DNA of 64,000 bases from the NCBI GenBank assembly GCA_964016885.1, contig OZ024758.1, positions 10,788,001 to 10,852,000 of the forward strand. The letters run 5' to 3'. The DNA is from Eledone cirrhosa (taxonomy: Eukaryota). The notes below the pieces were generated by a model. That model was not told the origin of the DNA and did no database searches. It saw only the letters and a program-made list of their open reading frames with translations. Below, piece after piece: positions 52,901 to 64,000 of this stretch; positions within the stretch are counted from its first letter, which is position 1, and each line of letters starts with the position of its first letter. Position numbers and translations under genes: made by a program.

Positions 52901-53531
52901 CGGAACATCACCTTGAAATAATTAAGTTGATCTATCGACACCCCACCCCACCCTCCCAACATCTCTATTCGGTAATTACGACAGGTAACAAGTCTTTAAT
53001 TTACCATGAAAGGTGATTAGATTATTTCATTAAAATTATAAAAACTACAAAAAAATAATAATTAAAAAAAAAATAGCCAGAATACTCGAGAGATTATTTT
53101 AAGAAATATCTTGATGCAGAATTTTTCTTTGGGGTACTATTTTCTCTGATAGTTAATTAAATTAAAATCCCTGCATAATGGATGTTTGCATTAGTGTTAT
53201 TTTTAAATGGAAGCAATCAAACTTGTGTAGATAGTTTTCATTCAATCTTTTTTATATTTTATCTACCTGTCACCCACAACATGGATTGTCTCTTTGTCCC
53301 CCGCTGACCACTGGTCTCTGCCCTCTGAGGCAACTTTGCCCATCGCTGTCTTTGTCATCATTTAGCCGTTTTAACGACTGTTCTTGCGATGTAATTTCTC
53401 ATTTTTATATGAATTTAAATACTCTAGCTTCGTCTCGATCAGAGACAACATTTTTTATTTAGTTAAGTTTAATTTTCGGTGGTAAGCTGTGTCGCCCGGT
53501 TTAACTATAAAAATATTGTCACAATCGACAA

Positions 53532-53710
53532 CAGTACTTACAGAAGGTCGGACACCATGCTTTGACGCATAGAGTTACGGCCCTTGCCATTCTGAGTTCA
53601 AATCCCGCCGAGGTTAACTTTGCCTTTCATCCTTACAGGGTCGATAAAATAAAGTACCAGTAATGCACTGGGTAATTTGCTGGCCTTGTGCCAAAAGTAG
53701 AAACAATTAT
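53532..53710 (+). mobile_element. Main SINE, slightly 5'-degraded
   Basis: Consensus match. Confidence 0.88.
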
Positions 53711-54050
53711 TATTAACTTGTAAATATGTAAGGTAGTATATGTGATCATTAATATAAAACTTCGTGGATAATCAAACATAAACGTTTCACAAAGCTGAAC
53801 ATACACACGTTCATGTACAACTATATCCAGCCCAAAGGATTATTTCTGAATTTCTCCACTTGTTAGGCTACTTTAATAGGTTTTAAGCATGGAGTTTGAT
53901 CCAAGCTTCCAGCAATGCATAATTTTCTATTTGCCATCGATGTTTCAATGTGTATCATTTTCTTAAATATCGTCTTAAGATTTGTTAAAGTGCCCCATAC
54001 ATACGGACATATTTATATTTTTACGCACGCGCACGCACACACACACACGC

Positions 54051-54155
<105 letters not shown>

Positions 54156-55012
54156 TATATATGCTTGTTTATATTTCAGAAAGTTACATTTCTGTATTAT
54201 ATATCTCTTTTTTTTTGGGGGGGGGGTGGGGTGGAGGGGATGTATCCTCTAATCAATTTTCTTTCTAACCTGTTACTGGATATTCAGGATTAGCAATAAT
54301 AGTAGAGCATCGAAGAAAACATTTTCACTCAGAACGCACGAGTTGGACCAGAAACCGTAAAGCATCACTGGTTTTACTGCTACGTTTCTATCGTCCCCGA
54401 AGAGAAAAACGGTAAAGTTGACCAAAGCAGGATTTGAACTTAGAACATAGAAAGTCGTAACTAAATATTGCAAGCAAGGCATTTTTTTCCGATGTTCTAG
54501 CGGTACTGCCAAATCATGCGCCCTTAAAGTCGGATCAGATATTCCAAAACATTCCAAACAAATCCAGAAAAACTTCCGCCAATCTCCTTCACCCCTCAAC
54601 TGGTATTTTATCAACGGCGAAAGGACGAAAAGTAAAGTTGACGTCGGTGGGATTCGATCTTGGAACTCAGAATGACCAGAACCAGCGCAGATGATGCAAA
54701 ATATTCCGTACAACTCTTTAACAATTACACCACCAACCGAAATGTTGAAAGACAAATTTGACTTCGTTGGAATTAGAAGACATGGAGTAGAGAGACAGAA
54801 CAAACGGAACACTTTTAACCCTACTCTCTAAGGACTCAACCCTCTTTAACAGTTCCCCTCTGCAGAAATAATTACCTTATATTACCTTATCGCCCTTCCC
54901 CAAATCATTCAATGCTATTCGTGACAGGATTTCAAGACGGGTGTAGAGAGACAACAAATACCAAGACATGTTATCACACGAAGCTCTACCGACTCAGTCA
55001 ATTAGGTAAAGA

Positions 55013-55074
55013 AGAAGTCGAAGGAGGTAGAAGTCGAAGGAGGTAGAAGTCGAAGGAGGTAGAAGTCGAAGGAG
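55013..55074 (+). repeat. 16-bp tandem repeat agaagtcgaaggaggt, ~3.9 copies
   Basis: Directly visible. Confidence 0.9.
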
Positions 55075-55663
55075 AATATAATTCTAAAACGTTTCATTAA
55101 AATTTAACAATTGCTCTTTAAGCTATTATTATTATTAACACATTTGCACATTTCTCTGACAGTTTTGCATCATTTTCGATTATGAAAGCAATCGTATTCC
55201 ACCTAATGAGACCAAATCATTACAGACTTCTGGAAATAATATTTTCAGAATGTTTCAAATACGTCAGTAAATGATTTCCAATAATGTAATTGCAAGTAAT
55301 ATTCATATAACATATTTTCTTCGTCTAATCAAATGTTGCAGTTGTGAAAACCAACAAAATCTTGTTTAACGATACAAATATACTTGAATACAGAAATGAG
55401 TGTGTGTGTGTGTAATTATATATATATATATATATATATATTGTTCTGTGTTATTTGCTTTGTTGATTGTTTTTTTTTTTTTTTTTTTTTTTTTGGCATA
55501 GAGAGAGAGAGAGAGAGGGAGAGGGGGAGTATATATACACACACCGAAAGAGATAGATAGATTTGATTAGGCTGCAACATTTCCAGTGACCGGTTTAATG
55601 TTGATATTTCACGAAATTATGCACTACACTCAACATTAAACACAGACGTACACACACACGAAC

Positions 55664-55703
<40 letters not shown>

Positions 55704-55803
55704 TTATATATATTTATTATGTATTGGAAAAGTAAAAATACAAACAAATGCAGTTACGAATAGTGTTGCTATTAGGTTCACGCTAATATATATATACATA
55801 TAT

Positions 55804-56073
<270 letters not shown>

Positions 56074-56404
56074 CACAACTTAATGTTACGATTTGCACTC
56101 CCTTATTTTAATGCGATATGAGAAGTTGTGAATTGATCCGTACGAGTGGTTTTGTAACAACACTCGGGCCAACCGATGGACCAAAGCCTTAACTCCACAA
56201 TTCCTCTAATTATAGGTATAAAATATTCATAATGTTGATTTTATTTTGAAAACCTCAGCATTAAACTGCTCAACCGCAACCATTATAGTCTTTTCAATTT
56301 CCTTCCATCATTATACTGATATCAAAATACACACACATATATACATATATATCCATAAAATATATATACATATGTATCCATAATATATATACAAGTATAT
56401 CCAT

Positions 56405-56488
<84 letters not shown>

Positions 56489-56948
56489 GTGTGTAAGTGC
56501 ACGCATCTATTTGTTTTTTGAAAGTTATGGTAGTTATTTTTATGGAAATTTTTTTGTGTGGATGGGTGGCGATGTGCGTGGGGGTTGGTTGTTTGGGGGG
56601 ATGATGGGGTGATTTTTGTTTATGATGCATTATTGATGATTCTGCTCTATTTAGCAGCTAATGTCTGACGTTATCTCGTCAATACCCTATAGAATCTAGT
56701 TTGTGTGCTTTAATAAACATTTGATGGGTTTTCCCTGCAAGACCTAGTTAATTGTTGACGATAGAGATGTAGTTTATGACCTGCGTATATACATTAAAAT
56801 GATTGTTTATACATAGTGGTGACGCCTAAGGCTCAGAGCTTTACATGACATTGTAATTGGAAATGTGTGGTGGGGTTTGATGGCGGTTTTGTGGAGTTTC
56901 TTCATGCAAGAGGATGGTTAACCATTTAGAATAGAATTTAGCTTATAA

Positions 56949-56997
<49 letters not shown>

Positions 56998-57248
56998 AAA
57001 AAGAGCATTAACACAGATAAGTGACACAGTAGGGTTTACTTCTAGCATTTACATATGTTTTACATGTGTTGTTGTTATTGATTTCGTCTTAAAAACGATA
57101 TTCTCAATAATAAATTGAAAGAGTTCTAGTCTTGTGGAATCCATTTCTATATTATACATGATGTTTACACTTTACTTATGTATTGAATATCTTACTAAAC
57201 TGTAGTTACCCCAATTGAATCCGAGACACACTCTCCCTCTCTCACGCT

Positions 57249-57314
<66 letters not shown>

Positions 57315-57567
57315 CAACCCAGGCATATTTGAAGTAACTTTATGAGCATTTAATTAGATTTGCTATTGATAGATCTTGCTTTCTACATCTTCCCGTGATG
57401 CCTAGTTACACAGAATATGTAATTTATTAATTTTGCGACAGTCAGGAACTCCATAACAGAAACGTTGTGCCAACAACTTTATAGCTCTGACTGTCATTCA
57501 TTACACAGCAACGATATACAAATTGAAGACGTAAATATAATTTTTACGACGTAACCAACATATATAT

Positions 57568-57639
<72 letters not shown>

Positions 57640-58466
57640 TATGCACTCGTGTGACTGTGTAAATGTGTGTTTGTATACATGTATGTGTGTCAGTATATAC
57701 CCATGTGTGTGTATCTCAATATATACCTGTGTGTGCGTGTGTATATATATGTGTGTGTGTGTGTGTGTGATGCTGAACTTATTTTCGTCGCTACGCACAC
57801 TTTTGCAAAGATCAATTTATCAAACGAATCTACCTTATAGATTCAGTTATTTTCCTTTGTAATTTTTCTCTCTCTCTCTCTCTCTCTCTCACATTCACAA
57901 AACATACATATTTATACACAGGAACATGCAAATATATATATATACACACGTATATATAATTCATTAAAAATGATATATATATATATATATATGGGGGAGG
58001 GGGGAGTGTACATACATTATTTAGGGTAAATATATAGTGTTCGTGCAGCAAAATTTACGATATATGTCATGGTTAATCGCTGGTCATAAAACAATATAGA
58101 CGAATTAAATGTGTGGAAGAGGAAGGGAGACAATTCGCTGGCTTCGTTAGACAGTAACAAACGGTTTTTTAATAGACATATATATTCTATTTTTATTGAA
58201 TTATAGGTCTATTTTACAGAATCTAACCTTTTATTTGACCACGATACAAAATAAAGTAATAAAGATATATCATGTAGCGAGAAAGGTTTAGTTATCTAAA
58301 AGATGCGAGAATATTTTATGAAGTGGTGCATGTAAAAATAGTCATATATATTTCAGTTTTACTACTGTGTGTGTGTTTGAATGCGTGTGTATGTATGTAT
58401 ATATATGTATATGTATTATATATAATGTATTATATGTATATATATGTATATGTATTATATATAATG

Positions 58467-58519
<53 letters not shown>

Positions 58520-58523
58520 GTAT

Positions 58524-58555
<32 letters not shown>

Positions 58556-60036
58556 TATATATATTGTATTATATATATATATATGTGTGTGTGTGTGTAT
58601 GTATGTCTCTTTATTTATATGTATGTGTGTGTGTGTGTGTGTGTGTACATATGTCTTTGTTTGTCATTTTGAGCTATAACATTACAAAACGAACATCCAC
58701 AAGATCATATATATAATAAATGTGCAAATGTCTTTTTTATTTCGCTGCCATATTGACCTAAAATTTGAGAGAAAGTACATCCACAAAACCTCATACATTA
58801 TTAATCAACATCTCACATTAAAGAATGTATGGTATTGTATTTATTTTGACCAATAATAATTAACCAGTAATAATTTTGAATTACTTCGAATACTATCGTA
58901 AATAGCTACTAAAATAGAAGCAATAGCTTCTATGAATTATCTCCCCTAGCAATCGGTCATCTGCTCGCTTTGTGCTGTTTCCGGATGAGGCTTGTTATAT
59001 GTGTGCATGCGCGTGTCTGTGTGTATGTTGAATTGTTCGTTACATTGCGTAAGTGTTTTCTTGTAAATGATTGAGCTAATTTTAAGAGAAGAAAATATTA
59101 AAAATATATATCGAATATATATTTTATATTATTATAGTGATCATTTATATACATGCGAACATACAACTCTCGATCTCCCTCTCTCTCTAGCATTTTATTG
59201 AACAAGAGGGGGGTAAAGGAGCTCTATGGATAGGTTTTAACGATATCACATATTTGGTCGAGTTGCCATTTGCTTCTCCTATTGATAATGATGTTAAAAT
59301 CACAGCATAGCTAAAAACACAGTTTATTCTACTCGGTACGGTTTCAATCTGGCTGTTCGGCTACATACCTTGAATAATGAGACCTGCTCCCTGTCTGCGA
59401 GAAAATATAAAATTCAAAGTAGGCGACAACGCTGTCATTCCACAATGGCGAGTTGTCTCCAGCCCCAACAATAGATATAGGTGGTATTTGATTGAGTGTG
59501 TAGTTAGTGAAGTTTGAATACTCATAGATAGTTAAAGATAAAGCTAGTGGGTAATGGATGACATTCCATGTAAATGAGGGCAATTTGTGAATATTTCACT
59601 TCAGTTGTTCTGGAGTTTCTGTTATGTGACAAACCATCATGACGTTATGCACTTATCAACATACACTGATATTCTACTATGTGACCAGCGTCTCACACTC
59701 ATAATGAAACTAATTATTCAAAAATCAACAAGATAAAAAAAAAATTGATTCATTATTCAATCCAATTTCTTCCAGGCCTACCGCAATTGTTAAACTTCAT
59801 AATATTGATGACTCACCTTCTGATTGATTCACCCTCCACCGATCAGTCATGAATAGGAGTCTACTCTAATTCCATATTTATCATATGAAGCTCATCTGTT
59901 TTGTTATATACAACTGGGAATTGAAACCGTTTAATTCTTATATACTACAATGATTTTATATATATATATATTATAAAGATTCGGGGCGTGACGGCTGAGC
60001 GTTTCAACAGCTAGTTCCAGATTGTTTCATATATAT

Positions 60037-60224
60037 ATAGGAACGAGTAGGACCCCGACAGCTGAGCTCAAGCCGTTTCGACGGCTAATTCAATTAGCCG
60101 TCGAAACGGCTTGAGCTCAGCCGTCGGGGTCCTACTCGTTCCTATTACCCACTCTACTACCCTAAGTATTGAGTACTTTGGTGCGTTATGGTCCACCTGG
60201 TTCCTTACCACATTACCTTCGTTA
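60037..60224 (+). mobile_element. Family A fold-back element (hairpin 60037-60145), preceded by a diverged half-copy at 59975-60028
   Basis: 54-bp arms around 60091 with 1 mismatch, conserved tail, TA flanks. Confidence 0.85.
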
Positions 60225-60939
60225 TATATATATATATAATGAGAGAGAGATTATATTAACAGCAATCTCTGTAATTTTCTTATTACTGTTTAGTTGTGTG
60301 TCTACATATACAACGTATACGTAGTATGCAACAATAACTCTTACCATCAGATAACTGAAACAATTGTCTGAGACACTCTTCAATGCTTGTCAGCAGAGCC
60401 CGATTTGGTATTTAGCACCCTAGGGTAGCTCTGCAATGTGTATTCCCCGTTTACCCAGTTAAAGGTTGGTTTACTCTACGTATTACCATCATTGTTTAGT
60501 TTAATAAAAAAAATTATAGAAATAAATTTCCTGTCACTTACATTCGTTGAAATACACACAGAGAATCAATAGCTACATATTCATTATAACATTGCAGAAT
60601 GACTGACAATTTGCTTGGGGCGTCGGTATTCTATCAAAATCTTTTGTTTCCATTATAGTTAGCAATATAACATTGGTTTTCTTGAAGCATCGATCAAAGA
60701 ATTTTATATATTTTGCTATCAGGTATTTCTATTCAGACAGTTTATTCGATAAGGGGAAACATATTAATGATATTTTCCACTATGGGCTATGTTAGATTTA
60801 AATTTACATCTAAAGTTGTACTGGGAATAAAAGTTTATAAGCTGTTAGAAAATTACTGTTTTTATATGAACTATGGAATATACCCATTTTCTATTTTTTC
60901 TTATAGTCATACTCTCTCTCTCTCTTACACATGTATATA

Positions 60940-61085
60940 TTGTTATACTTTGGGTGGGTCATGATGCCAATAAAAATACACGCACCTGCTGGTTTTCACT
61001 TCAAATTTGTAATAAATTGAAGTAAAAATCAACAGATGCGTGTGTTTTTATTGGCATCATGACCCCGCCCCCCAAAGTATAACAA
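60940..61085. mobile_element. Complete MITE with ~50-bp TIRs and TA flanks
   Basis: ta-ttgttatactttgggtgggtcatgatgccaataaaaatacacgcacctg ... cagatgcgtgtgtttttattggcatcatgacccc..ccaaagtataacaa-ta. Confidence 0.75.
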
Positions 61086-61161
61086 TATCTGTTTCAACAC
61101 ACGTTTCCAGATAACACATCTTGCAAAACAAATAAAAAAACGAAGTGTGTATGTATGTATG

Positions 61162-61198
<37 letters not shown>

Positions 61199-62865
61199 GC
61201 ACACGCTCACACTCACACACACATTACATACATACATGTATGTGTATGTATGTAACGTAAGCTCTACAACAAGAATAAAAAACACCAGCTTTCAATGCCA
61301 GTAAAACCAAACGCAACACAGTGCGGCTAATGTTATTAGTTTAACGCTCAAATGAAAATAGGAAATAAATGTCTTATTTGGAAGTGTTGCAATATTTTGG
61401 CAAGTCACGTGGTCTGAGACTCTTTGTTGTAACTGAAGCAATTATATTATGGAAGAGCCAGTTTAACTATTTAAGAACACACAACAAAAAACTGTTATAT
61501 TCACTTTTCATTTATTATTGAAGTGTCTAATTTTTCACCGTCACTGACAATTCCTCTGTTAAAATTAGTTACTGGTGAGTTTTATTGACGTCAGTTTCTT
61601 TTTATCTTCATTATTATTCTTTATTTTTTAACCTTTCACTGTATCTATTTTTACTGTACGTTTGGATTATAGGTTTTCTTTTATAGCTGTTATTTGCTCT
61701 TTTAACATAGGTCACCATTAATCTCTTTTAGGGAGAATTCTTCCTATTGTTTATATTGATACTTCTTCGGGTTGTTTTTTTTTTTTATTTAAGTTGTCAT
61801 AATGGTTGGTCTGTTTTTGAATATAGACGTCAGCCGTTATGTCTATTTATAGTAATTTTGAAATATTGTCAAAGTTTACAAATTATTGTTAACTCGATTC
61901 CATCATGTTTGACTAAGCCATAAAACATTTATCGTTGTTAGAGTAATTTGGTTTACTGTTATTGGAATTTTCACTTATTTAGTAAATTGTTTGCCTTTTG
62001 GTGTAAAAGTTTTAAAAAATTGTGTAGAGATTCTATTTTGGTTATGATGTGTGTATGTCTGTTTAATTGGTTGGAATGTATAATTCTAATGAAAATTTAT
62101 TCACAATAAAAAAAAAAGGAATTTAAGTATAATGTTTATATCATGAAGTGAGTCGGGATTCGAAACGGCCGACTTGGTGTTCACAAGTCCCCACGACTCG
62201 ACTACTATCAAAGAAGTGCGTTGATATAAACTGAAAGACTGACATAGATATAACTAACAATTTCTACCGAATTGCATAAAATCATGTTGAGAGTAGCAGA
62301 TTTCATGGTAACCTCCTCAATGTATTAAGGAAAAAAATATTTCTTTGGTAGTGTAGGTGTTTTTATTTATCTTAATCGGATAAAATCTTGATATTCAGAT
62401 ATTTTTTTCTGTTTACTTTTCTGGTCTACATTTCAGTTTAGAAGGAAGTTTAGCATTAAATCTTGGATCGATTCATGAATTGTGGTTAAGCTGTTAATAC
62501 CAACGATCCATTAATGTTTCTCTGTGTGTTTTTTTTGTTTCTTTTTGTTCACGAGATTAAGCGTTTACTTGCTATTGTATTAGCCTTATTGTCTTTGTTC
62601 AGAAATATATACATTTGCTTTCTTCTTCACAAATAAGTCATTCATGTAGTTGTATGTATTAACTATTTTAATAACTAATTGGTTCGTGAAGCTAAGCACC
62701 CATCATATAACACTCGCTAGTATTATAGAAGAGGACGTTTTAACCCAAAATAGAAGTGAACACATCGGATGGCCACGACTGGAATGAATTTGAAGACTGG
62801 TTTACTCGACCAGGAATAGCCTGGGGCCAAATGACAGGAAGAACCACTACTGTTCGCTCACATTC

Positions 62866-62908
<43 letters not shown>

Positions 62909-63778
62909 ATCTTTTTAGTTGGCAAAGTGGCGTCTAGGGACATGTTTCGGTCGTAGTAAACTTCATTCGCTCTAGGTCTCTAATCTATCTGGCCACTAAA
63001 TATCGCATCTAAGAAAGTTTGTTTGCATCATGCTTCGTATAAAATTAAGAGGTGTGGCAAATGAGAACGGTTGATTAACAAAAGCTAAATATATTTGGCC
63101 ATTTTTGCCTTCAATTGATTCCTGTCACAACTGGATTGATTCCTTCCAGTAATTCCGATTCAAAAGGCTTCTCCGTTGCTCTGATCACACACTCATCCAC
63201 CCATGAAGCAAATTAATTCGCGGTGAAGATAAAGTATCAAATACCCATGTGAGATAGCGTAAACGACGAGATGGACAGATGGAAATGTAGATCAGTACGT
63301 TCAAGTGGGATCTTGGGTTAACAACTAGTTCTCGCACGTATTGTGGCCAACCCTGGAATCGCAACTGATTATCAATCTCTTTGTCAGACATCTGTACATG
63401 TAGTACATAGTCGGCTCAGTTCATTCTAGACGAATACCGATACAAGTACAAAAATTAGGTCCTTTTTCTGTAGTATGATTTATACTTTCTTTGGCGTGAA
63501 TGAGAGAACGATAAATGGAAGGTTTAGTATGTATTTAATTTTGGACTTGAGACATGTTTGCTGTGCTTCCCACAGACATTTCTGCCTACTTTCGTTTTCT
63601 GCAACAGATTATTTACATTACTTTCTATACTATTGGCATTTTCTTTCCGAATATAGCTACACAATACACTATAGGTATTGTATCAATCTGGTATTGATTT
63701 TTACATCAGGATTTTCAGACAAAAAAATCAATCTTGTAAATATATTTTCCCCAATGGGTGTTAAAGTTAACGTTAAAA

Positions 63779-64000
63779 TGTATTCCGATCTATAAGAATG
63801 CAAAGGTATCTTGTATTCCGATCTATAAGAATGCAAAGGTATCTTGTATTCCGATCTATAAGAATGCAAAGGTATCTTGTATTCCGATCTATAAGAATGC
63901 AAAGGTATCTTGTATTCCGATCTATAAGAATGCAAAGGTATCTTGTATTCCGATCTATAAGAATGCAAAGGTATCTTGTATTCCGATCTATAAGAATGCA
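63779..64000 (+). repeat. Perfect 33-bp minisatellite tgtattccgatctataagaatgcaaaggtatct, at least 6.7 copies, running off the window
   Basis: Directly visible. Confidence 0.95.

Noticed and set aside
62145-62212. tRNA gene or hammerhead
   Set aside because: Only a B-box-like TTCGAATCC on the minus strand and GAAACGGCCG without a CUGANGA box; likely a decayed SINE head
63779-64000. CRISPR array
   Set aside because: Contiguous identical units without spacers, eukaryotic context, no cas genes

Overview
AT-rich, microsatellite-saturated eukaryotic DNA that looks intronic or intergenic. The repeat families resemble octopus/cephalopod repeats (inferred from recalled consensus motifs, not searched). 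No intact protein-coding gene is supported: almost all ORFs in the track are translations of (TA)n/(CA)n/(GA)n microsatellites or SINE fragments. The window is dominated by mobile DNA: (i) about 20 copies of one ~190-bp tRNA-derived SINE, many with 13-23-bp target-site duplications, arranged singly, in tandem arrays and as inverted pairs; (ii) 5'-truncated RTE/RTEX LINE ends, a bipartite RTE-like element with a triplicated zinc-finger 3' end, and decayed R4/Dong-like relics; (iii) small TA-flanked MITEs; (iv) a set of short non-coding elements in or beside (TA)n tracts that carry hammerhead ribozyme (HHR) motifs. Four near-complete minimal type-I hammerheads with palindromic loop III can be folded by eye (17758-17806 +, 21299-21369 -, 23492-23626 +, 32545-32610 +). 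A 7-8-copy fold-back family keeps only the 3' half of a hammerhead inside a copy-specific hairpin. This matches Penelope-like element (PLE) pseudo-LTR / retrozyme biology and is the most interesting signal. Ribozyme activity and family identities are inferences that need covariance-model searches and cleavage assays.
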